A stretch of DNA of 64,000 nucleotides, from NCBI GenBank assembly GCA_951812955.1, contig OX638340.1, positions 2,528,001-2,592,000 of the forward strand, written 5' to 3'. Shown in pieces: positions 30,125 through 39,683 of this stretch. Within the stretch, counting starts at the first letter, position 1. Each line of letters starts with the position of its first letter. The stretch comes from an uncultured Gemmatimonadota bacterium (GTDB lineage: Bacteria > JAAXHH01). A model generated the notes under the pieces. That model searched no databases, had not been told where the DNA came from, and worked only from the letters and a program-made list of their open reading frames with translations. The position numbers were made by a program, and so were the translations under genes.

Positions 30125-31468
30125 ATGACCTTCAAAGAGGCGCTGGACTATCTCTACGACTTCGTGGATTTCGAAAAGATGCCGGGCGCCGCGCCTGAAC
30201 GCATGGACCTGGCGGGCATCACTTCGCTGACGGAAGCCCTGGGCCATCCCGAAATGCATTGGAAATCGGTACACGTGGCGGGGACCAAGGGGAAGGGATC
30301 CACCGCCGTCATGATCGCGTCCATCGTCCGCGAGAGCGGTCACCGCGTCGGTCTGTACACGTCTCCGCACCTGGTGTCGCTGCGCGAACGCATCCAGGTC
30401 GACGGCGAGCCGATCTCCGAGCGCGAATTCGCCGATCTCACGGAACGAACGCGTCCTGTGATCGAAGGGATCAGGCTGCGGCCGGAAGGGATGGGCTCGT
30501 TTTTTGATATACTCACGGCCATGGCCTTTGTGTATTTTAAGGAACGAAGCGTAGACTTGGCGGTGGTCGAATGCGGTCTCGGCGGACGACTTGACTCGAC
30601 CAACGTGATCCAGCCGATGGTCTGTGCGATTACGCCCGTCGGGCTGGACCACACGGACCGCCTCGGAGAGACGATCGCGGAGATCGCCCGCGAAAAAGCA
30701 GGAATCGTAAAAGAAAGCGCCTGTACCGTTACCGCCGTCCAGTCGCGGCAGGCGTCGAAGGTGATCCGGGAGGCCTGCCGGCTTCGGTCGAGTCCCATGG
30801 TGGAAGCGGGCGTCGACGTGCGGTACGCGCTCCGGGAAGAATCGGTGGGGCGGCAGGTGGTCGATATCGAGACCGCCGGCGGGGTGTATGAAGGGGTAAC
30901 GCTCCCGTTGTCCGGGGCGTTCCAGGCCGGTAACGCGGCCGTGGCGGTGGGCGTGGCGGAGGCGCTGGCGAAGCAGGGCATGGAAGTAACGCGACAAGCC
31001 GTGCGCCGCGGCCTCTCGAAGGTGCGGTTGCCGGGACGCATGGAGGTATTCCAGCGCCGGCCGTGGCTGGTACTGGACGTGGCCCACAACGTGCTGGCGG
31101 CGGAGAACCTGACGGCCAGCCTGCGCCGGCTGTTCCCGGCCCGACGCGTAATCGTCGTGTTGTCCGCGCACCGCGACAAGGCGGTCGGGGCGCTTTGCGA
31201 GGTCATTGCGCGTTACGCCGACGAAATCCTCGTTCCCGAGCGGCGGGTACTTAGAAACAGGCAGGCCGATCCCGGGGAAGTGGCCGATGCCTGCACAGGT
31301 CTTGGAACGCCGTCACGGACGGCGACGTCGGTGGCGGACGCCATCGCGGAGGCGAGGACCCTGGCGCAACCGGACGACCTGATCCTAGTGACAGGGTGTT
31401 TCGCGCTGGTGGGAGAAGCCATCGAGATACTGCGCGGGATGGAGCCGGAAGAAACGCGCAGCCGTTGA
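30125..31468 (+). CDS. folC: bifunctional folylpolyglutamate synthase / dihydrofolate synthase
   Basis: MTFKEALDYLY...HVAGTKGKGST...GLYTSPHLVSLRERI...LDHTDRLG..., the Mur-ligase-type FolC pattern. Start set at 30125, 4 nt after the upstream stop. Confidence 0.85.
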   Translation: MTFKEALDYLYDFVDFEKMPGAAPERMDLAGITSLTEALGHPEMHWKSVHVAGTKGKGSTAVMIASIVRESGHRVGLYTSPHLVSLRERIQVDGEPISEREFADLTERTRPVIEGIRLRPEGMGSFFDILTAMAFVYFKERSVDLAVVECGLGGRLDSTNVIQPMVCAITPVGLDHTDRLGETIAEIAREKAGIVKESACTVTAVQSRQASKVIREACRLRSSPMVEAGVDVRYALREESVGRQVVDIETAGGVYEGVTLPLSGAFQAGNAAVAVGVAEALAKQGMEVTRQAVRRGLSKVRLPGRMEVFQRRPWLVLDVAHNVLAAENLTASLRRLFPARRVIVVLSAHRDKAVGALCEVIARYADEILVPERRVLRNRQADPGEVADACTGLGTPSRTATSVADAIAEARTLAQPDDLILVTGCFALVGEAIEILRGMEPEETRSR

Positions 31469-31522
31469 AGAGATTCATACTTGAAGGCGGTTGAAGAGAA
31501 CCATACCGGAAGGCGGTAGTGA

Positions 31523-33061
31523 ATGAGCGAAAGAAACCAGACATCGGGAATCGATCCGTTGCGTACGGTCCTGGCGACCGCCCTGTGCGTCCTTTACCTT
31601 TACGCTCTCGGGACCACCGCGGCCGCGCCGCAGTCGTCCACCGCGGCGTCACAGCAGTCGTCCACCGCGGGATCACAGCAGCCGGCTGAATCGGCCGCCG
31701 GGACGGTCCAGCCGCCCGCGCCCGCCCAGGAAGACGCGGCCCCGGACACCTCCCTGACGCTCGAACAACGGCAGCAGGCGGCGGTACAGCAGTTTCTTAC
31801 CAACGTCGCCCTCGCGAAGAACAACCTGGGCGCCGTTTATTACGCGCAGGGACAGTTCGACAGCGCACAGGTACATCTCGAACACGCCCTGGAGGTCGCT
31901 CCGGGCTTCGCCGCCGCTTACCTCACACTGGGGTTGATCCACCACGCCAGGGGGGACATGGCCGCGGCGCTGGAGGCGTTCAAGAAGACCGTAGAGGGCG
32001 ATACACTAAGCATCGCGCGGATGAGTATCGTTCCATCCGATACCGTCTATGCCTGGGCCAGCAGCCAGTACGCGAATATGATGGAGGGGACGCCGAATCT
32101 GGCCGCCGCCCATACCGCCATGGCGATCGTGTACAACCAGGGCGGGTACCTCGACGAAGCGGTCCACCATTACCGGCAGGCTATTGAGGACGATTCCTCC
32201 TACGTCGACGCCTATACCAATCTCGGCAAGGTCTATTCAGATACCGAAGAATACGAAATGGCGGCCGATGCCTACGAGAAGGTGCTCACCCTGTCTCCCC
32301 CAGAGGACCAGTTGCCCAGGATCCATCTCAATCTTGGCGTCTCATACATGGGCATGGACCGCGTCGACGACGCGATCAGGGAATGGAAACGGGCCGTCGA
32401 TCTTCAGCCGGACTACGTGGACGCCTACATGAACCTGGGAACCGCATTCCAGAATAAGAATCTGCCGGACAGCACGCGCGTCGTCTGGGAAAGAGCCCTG
32501 GAGGTCGGCGGGCAGTCGGTCGTGCCTCGTATCGCATTGGGCCGCCTGGCGTTCGCCGAGGACCGCCTGTCAGATGCCCTGAGCTACTACGGGCAAGTAC
32601 TCGAGCTGGGCGCGAGAGATCCCCGCATTTTCGTGGAAATCGCCATGGTACATGAACGGAGTGAAGACTTCGACCAGGCGATTGTCCAATACGAACAGGC
32701 GCTCGCCCTGGCGCCGGACAACGCTCAGCTGAAAGCCGCGTTGAACCGTGTCAGGCGGATCGTGGAGGAACGGACGACGGCCATCGAGTCAAACAAGATC
32801 CGCGTTCGCCAGATCGTCGTCGCCACGCAGGCGGAAGCGCAGGCGGCGATGAATCGGTTGCAGGCAGGCGCCGATTTCGTCGAACTGGCCCGGGAATTAT
32901 CCATCGATTCGAGCAGGGACAGCGGGGGTGACCTCGGGTTCTTCGGCCCGGGAGAGATGATCCCGGAATTCGAGCAGGCCGCGATGGAGCTGAAGGTCGG
33001 TGAGTTAAGCGGGGTCGTTCAAACGCCCATGGGTTTTCACATCATCAGGCGAATCGAGTAG
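31523..33061 (+). CDS. TPR-repeat protein with a C-terminal parvulin-type peptidyl-prolyl isomerase domain
   Basis: N-terminal anchor or signal, a Q/S/A-rich linker, and ~8 TPR-like repeats. The C-terminus IRVRQIVV...GGDLGFFGPGEMIPEFEQAA...GVVQTPMGFHIIRR is a PpiC/rotamase motif. Confidence 0.75.
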   Translation: MSERNQTSGIDPLRTVLATALCVLYLYALGTTAAAPQSSTAASQQSSTAGSQQPAESAAGTVQPPAPAQEDAAPDTSLTLEQRQQAAVQQFLTNVALAKNNLGAVYYAQGQFDSAQVHLEHALEVAPGFAAAYLTLGLIHHARGDMAAALEAFKKTVEGDTLSIARMSIVPSDTVYAWASSQYANMMEGTPNLAAAHTAMAIVYNQGGYLDEAVHHYRQAIEDDSSYVDAYTNLGKVYSDTEEYEMAADAYEKVLTLSPPEDQLPRIHLNLGVSYMGMDRVDDAIREWKRAVDLQPDYVDAYMNLGTAFQNKNLPDSTRVVWERALEVGGQSVVPRIALGRLAFAEDRLSDALSYYGQVLELGARDPRIFVEIAMVHERSEDFDQAIVQYEQALALAPDNAQLKAALNRVRRIVEERTTAIESNKIRVRQIVVATQAEAQAAMNRLQAGADFVELARELSIDSSRDSGGDLGFFGPGEMIPEFEQAAMELKVGELSGVVQTPMGFHIIRRIE

Positions 33062-33110
33062 CGCGCCGCCGCGGGCAGCCGGTCGCGTCCACGGCATTGA
33101 AGGGAAACAG

Positions 33111-34055
33111 ATGGACAAGGAATCCGCTGAAACGAAACAGGTCGTCGTCATCGGCGGGGGGCCGGCGGGTTACACGGCGGCCCTGTATGCGGCCCGGGCG
33201 AACCTTTCCCCCGTCGTATTGACGGGCAGCACGGTCGGCGGACAGTTGTCGCTTACCAGCGAGATCGAGAACTTCCCGGGATTCCCCGAAAGCCTGGGAG
33301 GCATGGATCTCATGGACCGCATGAGGGAACAGGCCGAGCGTTTCGGCGCCGAGATGAAGTACGAGGAAGTCGTCTCGGTGGATTTTGAACCGGGAGCCCA
33401 CCGGATACGCACGGACCGGAGCGAATACACGGCGAAAACCGCGGTGATCAGTACCGGTTCGTCGCCCAGACTGCTCAACGTGCCTGGCGAGGATACCTTC
33501 TTCGGCCGGGGCGTTTCCACCTGCGCGACCTGCGACGGCGCCTTCTACCGGGACCGGAAGGTCGCCGTGGTGGGCGGAGGCGACAGCGCCATGGAGGAGG
33601 GACTCTTCCTGACGCGGTTCGCAAGCCAGGTCTGGATCATTCACCGCCGCAACGAACTGAGAGCGAGCCGGATCATGCAGGAACGGGCCCTGGAACATCC
33701 AAAGATAGCGTTCCAGTGGGGATCCGTGGTCGACGAGGTGCTGGGTGATGAAACCGCGGGCGTGACCGGGGTGCGCGTGCAGGAACTGGAAACGGACCGG
33801 GTACGGGTGCTGGACGCCGAGGGCCTCTTCATCGCTATCGGGCATACGCCCAATACCGGACTCTTCAGAGACAAGATCGACCTGGACGAACAGGGCTACA
33901 TCCTGACCGACAGGAGGCAGCGCACCAGCGTGCCCGGCGTGTTCGCGGGCGGGGACGTGCAGGACCACGTCTATCGCCAGGCGATTACGGCGGCGGGAAC
34001 GGGATGCGCCGCCGCCATGGAGGCGGAGAAGTATATCGCGGGGAACGGGGGCTAG
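33111..34055 (+). CDS. trxB: thioredoxin-disulfide reductase
   Basis: VVVIGGGPAGYTAALYAAR, the redox motif CATCDG, VVGGGDSAMEE, and GVFAGGDV. Confidence 0.9.
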   Translation: MDKESAETKQVVVIGGGPAGYTAALYAARANLSPVVLTGSTVGGQLSLTSEIENFPGFPESLGGMDLMDRMREQAERFGAEMKYEEVVSVDFEPGAHRIRTDRSEYTAKTAVISTGSSPRLLNVPGEDTFFGRGVSTCATCDGAFYRDRKVAVVGGGDSAMEEGLFLTRFASQVWIIHRRNELRASRIMQERALEHPKIAFQWGSVVDEVLGDETAGVTGVRVQELETDRVRVLDAEGLFIAIGHTPNTGLFRDKIDLDEQGYILTDRRQRTSVPGVFAGGDVQDHVYRQAITAAGTGCAAAMEAEKYIAGNGG

Positions 34056-34061
34056 GCCGCC

Positions 34062-34185
34062 GGGTCAGGGCGTTCGATCAGGTCGTTCGGGTCAGGGCGT
34101 TCGATCAGGTCGTTCGGGTCAGGGCGTTCGATCAGGGCGTGCGGGCGTCGTTCAGGGCGTTCGTTCAGGCCGTTCGGGCGTCGTG
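34062..34185. repeat. intergenic tandem repeat, 27-bp unit (about 2.7 good copies plus degenerate copies) between convergent trxB and cysE
   Basis: GGGTCAGGGCGTTCGATCAGGTCGTTC at 34062-34088 and 34089-34115, a partial third copy, then degenerate GGGCGTTCGTTCAGGCCGTTCGGGCG. The 13/14-bp sub-unit is GGnCGTTCGnnTCA. The degenerate tail overlaps the last cysE codons. Confidence 0.9.
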
Positions 34186-35160
34186 CTTTACCACGTCCAG
34201 CTTCGGGTTTCCGATGGTAACCTTGGAATGGGGCGGCACCGGTTCCGTCAGCCAGACGTTGGCACCGATCACGGAATCGTGTCCTATGGTCGTTCCGCCA
34301 CCCAGGATCGTCGCACCCGAATAAATGACCACGTCGTCTTCAATGGTGGGGTGGCGCTTGCCGCCCTTAACGAGACGTCCGCCCTCATCCTTCCTGAAAC
34401 TCAGCGCGCCCAGCGTTACGCCCTGGTATAACTTGACGTTGGCGCCGATCAGCGCGGTCTCCCCGATGACAACGCCCGTGCCGTGGTCGATGAAGAAGCG
34501 GGTGCCGATGGTCGCGCCGGGGTGGATGTCGATACCGGTGCGGCTGTGGGCGTGTTCGGACATGATCCGCGGGATGAGCGGCGTATTCCTCAGATAAAGT
34601 TCATGGGCGAGCCGGTATGTGGCGATGGCTGCCATGCACGGGTAGCTGAGTATGATCTCGTCATGACTTTTGGCCGCGGGATCCCCGTCGTAGGCCGCTT
34701 CCACGTCGCCCATGAGCAGCTTTCGGATCCCGGGAATCGTCTCCAGGAGTTCGAGGGTGATCCCGTCGGCGATTTCCTGGCAGGCCGCCGGATCCTCCTC
34801 CCGGCACGGGGCGTCGTGCATCAGGCTTCGGGCGATTTCCTCCCGCAGCCTGATATAGATGGCGTCCACCAGCCCGTCGACGAAAAAGGCCACGTTCTTC
34901 GTCATGAGCGGTTCGTTCCCGAAATACCCCGGGAAACAAAGGACCAGCAGGTCCCTCAGGATGCCGTAAATCCGTTCCCGCGAAGGCAGGTTATTTCCAT
35001 CTTTGCGGTTCAGGCCACCGACCGAGTCGTAGGATCGTACGATCTGGGATGCCAGCGCGCCGAGCTGGCTGCGCGTCTCCGACATGGTGAGATTGCAGAT
35101 CGGCACCACCTTCTCACCCGAAGTCTCATCGCGCCTGGAACGTTTCATGATGCTCCGCAT
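34165..35160 (-). CDS. cysE: serine O-acetyltransferase (long form)
   Basis: The left-handed beta-helix hexapeptide region GATIGTRFFIDHGTGVVIGETALIGANVKLYQGVTLG...RHPTIEDDVVIYSGATILGG is preceded by the SAT N-terminal helical domain. The start is uncertain (35160, 35148 or 35085). Confidence 0.8.
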   Translation of the reverse strand: MRSIMKRSRRDETSGEKVVPICNLTMSETRSQLGALASQIVRSYDSVGGLNRKDGNNLPSRERIYGILRDLLVLCFPGYFGNEPLMTKNVAFFVDGLVDAIYIRLREEIARSLMHDAPCREEDPAACQEIADGITLELLETIPGIRKLLMGDVEAAYDGDPAAKSHDEIILSYPCMAAIATYRLAHELYLRNTPLIPRIMSEHAHSRTGIDIHPGATIGTRFFIDHGTGVVIGETALIGANVKLYQGVTLGALSFRKDEGGRLVKGGKRHPTIEDDVVIYSGATILGGGTTIGHDSVIGANVWLTEPVPPHSKVTIGNPKLDVVKHDARTA

Positions 35161-35405
35161 CGGTTTTCAGATACCGGTTTCCGCACAGGTCAGAATCGGT
35201 GCCGGGCTTCTCTTCCCGGCCCTTTCGCCGCTGTCTGAATTTCGAGGAACCATCGCGGTAAGTCAAGCGATTTCTTTTGTTAACGGCTGTGCCATGATCG
35301 TTCGGCAGACGCTACAAAGCAGTTGCCTGAGGAAGCGGTACGGCCTTATATTGCAGTAATTTCGCGTCGCGTTTCGATCCCCGGTACACCAGGCAGCGGT
35401 CCCCT

Positions 35406-37364
35406 ATGGATATCAAACGAACGCTCGTCGTTCTTTCCCTCTTTCCATGCCTGCTTGCAACCGGCTTGCCGGTCGCGGGCCAGTCTGCCGGCGGGTACAT
35501 GGCTATCACCGAGGTGCAACCGGGCATGCGCGGATACGGCCTCACAGTTTTTCAGGATGCCCGGATCGATACCTTCGAGATCGAAGTGCTGGGCGTCATG
35601 AAGAACATTTTCTACGCGAAACACGATATCATCATGGTTGGAGTTTCGGGTCCCTACGTCGACGATGCGGGTGTAATCGCGGGGATGAGCGGCAGCCCCG
35701 TGTACATAGACGGAAAGCTCGTCGGCGCGTTGGCGTACCGCTTCGGGACGTTTCCGATGAAACCCATCGGCGGCGTCACGCCAATCGGCCATATGCTGGC
35801 CATACGCGATGCCCTGGAGACCGAACCGGCGCGGGACCGCAGTGCGCCCGGAGGAAACCTGGGAGGGCAGGGCGAGTTCCGGGGTGAAACCGGACCGGGT
35901 GAACTGGGTGGAACGGGCGGACCGGACGGTCCGGACGAAGCATCCGCGGATCCGGTATTCCCCGGTTCGCTTTGGCCGGGTGAAGACGGCATCGAAACGG
36001 AGTACTCCGGGCAGCCGGGTATCCCTTCTGGTCCGTCCAACCTCAAACCCATCGCCGTGCCGATGGTGTTTTCGGGTTTCCATCCCATGACGGTCAGTCT
36101 GTTCGAAAACGACCTGCGCCGTCGCGGACTCGTACCCCTGGCCGGGGGCGCTTCCAGCGGGACGTCCGGCACGGTTCCAGCCGGCGACGACTCGGTTACG
36201 GAACAGGCCGGTCCGGCGTCCAGCGGTGGGAGATCCTCCCTGGAACCCGGCGCCGCCGTGAGCGCGCAGCTCATACGGGGCGATTACAATCTTTCGGGTA
36301 CCGGTACGGTCACCTGGCGCGATGAAGACGCCATACTTGCCTTCGGGCATCCCTTTCTGTGGACGGGCGCCCTGAACATACCGATGAACCGGGCCGATAT
36401 CATTACGGTCATTCCGGACCAGATCGGATCCACGAAAATCAGCAGCGTGGCGGATGAAGTCGGTTCGGTCCTGTGGGACCACACAAACGGGATTTACGGC
36501 CAACTTGGCGATACGGCGCGCATGATACCGGTGGAACTCTCCTACGACGATGCCACCGGCACGCCCCGTACCTACCTGTTCGACGTGATGATGGCGAACG
36601 GCTGGACGCCTCTGCTGGTAAACATGGCGGTGGCGAATACGATTATCGCGAACGGCAGGGCGGCCGGCGAGCGAACGATAACACTCGGCGGACGGATCGA
36701 GCTGCGGGGCCATCCGGATGTCGTCTTCGAAGACCAGTTTTCCGGACAGGGGTCCCTCTCGGCATTGGCCAGAGATGTGAACGGCGTGCTCGACTTCGTG
36801 CTCGACAACCGCTTCGTGACCCCGATGATCGAGTCACTGAGTATCGAGATACAATCGTCGAACGAGCGCAGGACGGCCGTCATCGAAGACGTCTGGTTCG
36901 GATCGGAAACCGTGAAGCCGGGCGACACGCTGGAGGTCAGGGTATTCCTTCGGCCCTACCGAGGCGACCGCGTGGTCAAGCGGCTCGACGTGACGATCCC
37001 CAAGACCATATCCAACGGACCGGTACAGGTACTTGTCGGTTCCTCCCAGGCCGTTCTCCGCCACGACCTGAATGCCGTTCCCCAGCGGTACAGGCCCACG
37101 GACGGTCCCCGGCTGATTGAACTGCTCAACAACCGCCGTACCGGAAACCGGGTATATCTGAAGATGTTCCAGGGCGGCGCGGGGGGCATGGTGAAGGGCA
37201 GGGAGATGCCCGGACTGCCTCCATCGGTCCTCGCCGTCATGAATTCAGAGCGGACGAAGGGCAGTTTCCTGCCGATCCGCGAGAAGGTGGTCGCCGAGGA
37301 AACGGTCCGAACGGACTATGTCATCGCCGGGCAGAACTGGAGCCGGCTGACCGCAAAGCGATAG
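35406..37364 (+). CDS. secreted SpoIVB-type peptidase S55 domain protein
   Basis: Signal peptide. ...GMRGYGLTVFQDARIDTFEIEVLGV...DAGVIAGMSGSPVYIDGKLVGALAY resembles the S55 (SpoIVB) serine peptidase core. Long C-terminal region. Confidence 0.6.
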   Translation: MDIKRTLVVLSLFPCLLATGLPVAGQSAGGYMAITEVQPGMRGYGLTVFQDARIDTFEIEVLGVMKNIFYAKHDIIMVGVSGPYVDDAGVIAGMSGSPVYIDGKLVGALAYRFGTFPMKPIGGVTPIGHMLAIRDALETEPARDRSAPGGNLGGQGEFRGETGPGELGGTGGPDGPDEASADPVFPGSLWPGEDGIETEYSGQPGIPSGPSNLKPIAVPMVFSGFHPMTVSLFENDLRRRGLVPLAGGASSGTSGTVPAGDDSVTEQAGPASSGGRSSLEPGAAVSAQLIRGDYNLSGTGTVTWRDEDAILAFGHPFLWTGALNIPMNRADIITVIPDQIGSTKISSVADEVGSVLWDHTNGIYGQLGDTARMIPVELSYDDATGTPRTYLFDVMMANGWTPLLVNMAVANTIIANGRAAGERTITLGGRIELRGHPDVVFEDQFSGQGSLSALARDVNGVLDFVLDNRFVTPMIESLSIEIQSSNERRTAVIEDVWFGSETVKPGDTLEVRVFLRPYRGDRVVKRLDVTIPKTISNGPVQVLVGSSQAVLRHDLNAVPQRYRPTDGPRLIELLNNRRTGNRVYLKMFQGGAGGMVKGREMPGLPPSVLAVMNSERTKGSFLPIREKVVAEETVRTDYVIAGQNWSRLTAKR

Positions 37365-37373
37365 GAGCGACTC

Positions 37374-39674
37374 TTGAACCAGGTCACGGGATGGCGCGTA
37401 CCACTCTTGGCTTCGGTCCTTCTGATGGCCGCGTTCGGCGCCCTCGCGTCGACGCCGGTAATCTGGAAACAGGCCGGACACGGGGACTTTCTCAGAGGAG
37501 AAACCCGCGGCGTTTCCATAACCGGAAAGGGCCGCCTGACCCTGTCACCGGTCCTGGATCCCGTTTTCGAGAGCGACGAACCGCTGATATGGAGTATCGC
37601 GACCGATTCCAGCGGTAATATCTACGCGGGTACGGGAAATGACGGCAGGCTGTACCGTGTGGATTCCTCGGGCCAGACCGAAGTGTTTTTCGACGCGGAA
37701 GAGCTTGAAATCCGCAGTGTCGCGATTGATGGCGACGACAGGATCTACGCAGCCACCTTCCCCGACGGCCGGATCTACCGGATCGACCCGGACGGGACCC
37801 ATACAGTGTTTTTCGATCCAGCGCGCGATGGCGGCTCGGACGACGGGAATGGCGGCTCGGACGACGGGAATGGCGGCTCGGACGACGGGAATGGCGGCTC
37901 GGACGACGGGACGGGCTACATCTGGTCGCTGGCGCTGGACGGGGAGGGCGGGCTTTACGCGGGAACGGGTGATCAGGGAAGGATATATCGTATCGACGAG
38001 CATGGCGACGCACACCTGCTGGCCGAGCTGGAGGAGGCCCATGTCATGGCCCTGGCCGTGGATGGATCGGGCCGACTGATCGCCGGCACCGAGCCGGGCG
38101 GAAGAGTCTACCGCATGGAATGGACCACGCCCGACGGCCCCCTTTCCCTTTCGGTCCTCCACGATTCTCCCTACGGCGAAATCAACGCCCTTCAGGTTGA
38201 CGCGGAGGGCGCCGTGTTCGCCTGCGCGCTGAGTGGACCGCGCCGGGGCGGCCGGGGCGGGGGAGCGATGTCTCCGCCATCCCGGAGCACTCCCGACGAG
38301 CCTGGCGGCGAATCCGCACGCAACACGGTCGAAGTGACGGCATCGGCGGATGGCGCGGACCGGCCGACAGTCCGCAGTTTCGCCGCGGGGGGCAGTGTGG
38401 TCTTACGGATAGATCCGGATGGACGGGTGGAAGAATGGTGGCGATCCCAGGCGGACGTATGCCTGTCTCTGGCGGTTCGAGGAGAAAAAGAACTGCTCAT
38501 TGGCACCGGGCAGCGCGGCCGGCTGTACAGCGTCCGGGAACGGGGCCGGGGCACGCTGCTGAACGAATTGCGGGATTCGCAGATCACGGCGCTGATGCCT
38601 GTCGCAACGGACGGGGTTTTGGTGGCGACGAGTAATCGCGGCAACCTGTACCGTCTGCTTTCCCGGCCCGTGCGCGAGGGCGAATACGAATCCGATGTCC
38701 GGGATACCCGGGGCATCGCGCGGTGGGGCCGTATACGATGGGAAAACGAGCAGCCCGCGGGGACGACGGTCCGCCTGTATGCGCGGTCGGGCAATACGGA
38801 TGCTCCCGACCAGACCTGGAGCGAATGGACCGGTCCCTACACCGACCCGGAAGGAGAAGCCCTGGCATGCCCGCCCGCCCGCTATCTGCAGTGGAAGGCG
38901 GTGCTGAACACGCGGAACGAGCAAACCCCCTCGGTCTCTTCCGTTTCGGCCTCGTACCTGACGCGAAACAATCCGCCCAGGGTGCACTCGGTCACGGTAT
39001 ACGAGCCGGGCGTCCAATTGCGGGACGCCGCGCCAGGTTCAGGCTTACAGACCGATCTTCCCCCGGGCATCGCAGCGCAGGTCGGTGGCCGTGGCAACGG
39101 CCGCGGCCAGAACGCATCGGCCGGCTCCCCCACCTACCGGAAGGGCATGCGGGCCATCGCGGTCCAGGCGAGCGATCCTGACGGGGACGGACTGTCCTTC
39201 GAAATCTATTTCCGGGGCGCGGCTGAAGAAACCTGGAAACTCCTGGAGTCGGAACGGCGCACCCCTTCCTATTCCTGGGATTCCGAGACTTTCCCGGATG
39301 GAGAATACGTCATACGCGTCGTGGTCAGCGACGCGTCGTCGAACCCGCCTGACCAGGCACTGGAGTCGGATCACCTCACCGAACCTTTTCTGGTGGACAA
39401 TACCGGTCCGCTGGTAACCCGGATCAACATATCAGACGGACTGTTGTCCTTTCTTGTCCAGGATAACGCCAGTCCCCTTTTTCGCGTGGAATACGCCATA
39501 GACGGGCGCGATTGGCGGGTGGTTCACCCCGTGGACGGCGTTACGGATTCGAAGACGGAGTCATTCGAGATCACCCTGGACGGACTGGAACCCGGCGAAC
39601 ACACCCTCGCCGTTCGCGCCAGGGACACATCAAATAACACGGGTACGGGGAAACGGGTCGTCAGGATCCCCTGA
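37374..39674 (+). CDS. secreted beta-propeller-repeat protein with C-terminal Ig-like region
   Basis: Signal peptide. Repeated ...IYAGTG.DGR(L/I)YR(V/I)D..G... blades. The family name was not recognised. Confidence 0.5.
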   Translation: MNQVTGWRVPLLASVLLMAAFGALASTPVIWKQAGHGDFLRGETRGVSITGKGRLTLSPVLDPVFESDEPLIWSIATDSSGNIYAGTGNDGRLYRVDSSGQTEVFFDAEELEIRSVAIDGDDRIYAATFPDGRIYRIDPDGTHTVFFDPARDGGSDDGNGGSDDGNGGSDDGNGGSDDGTGYIWSLALDGEGGLYAGTGDQGRIYRIDEHGDAHLLAELEEAHVMALAVDGSGRLIAGTEPGGRVYRMEWTTPDGPLSLSVLHDSPYGEINALQVDAEGAVFACALSGPRRGGRGGGAMSPPSRSTPDEPGGESARNTVEVTASADGADRPTVRSFAAGGSVVLRIDPDGRVEEWWRSQADVCLSLAVRGEKELLIGTGQRGRLYSVRERGRGTLLNELRDSQITALMPVATDGVLVATSNRGNLYRLLSRPVREGEYESDVRDTRGIARWGRIRWENEQPAGTTVRLYARSGNTDAPDQTWSEWTGPYTDPEGEALACPPARYLQWKAVLNTRNEQTPSVSSVSASYLTRNNPPRVHSVTVYEPGVQLRDAAPGSGLQTDLPPGIAAQVGGRGNGRGQNASAGSPTYRKGMRAIAVQASDPDGDGLSFEIYFRGAAEETWKLLESERRTPSYSWDSETFPDGEYVIRVVVSDASSNPPDQALESDHLTEPFLVDNTGPLVTRINISDGLLSFLVQDNASPLFRVEYAIDGRDWRVVHPVDGVTDSKTESFEITLDGLEPGEHTLAVRARDTSNNTGTGKRVVRIP
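37830..37913. repeat. in-frame 21-bp tandem repeat, 4 copies, inside the beta-propeller gene
   Basis: GGCGGCTCGGACGACGGGAAT in three exact copies plus one variant copy, encoding GGSDDGN x3 then GGSDDGT. Confidence 0.95.
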
Positions 39675-39683
39675 GGAGGCAAG

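Noticed and set aside
29999-31206. Minus-strand ORFs of 390 and 288 aa opposite folC
   Set aside because: These are shadow ORFs. folC on the plus strand is well supported.
33045-36713. Minus-strand ORFs 33045..33968 (307 aa) and 35346..36713 (455 aa), and plus-strand ORF 34483..35238
   Set aside because: They are antisense or alternate-frame to trxB, the S55 peptidase gene, and cysE respectively, with no motifs and biased composition.
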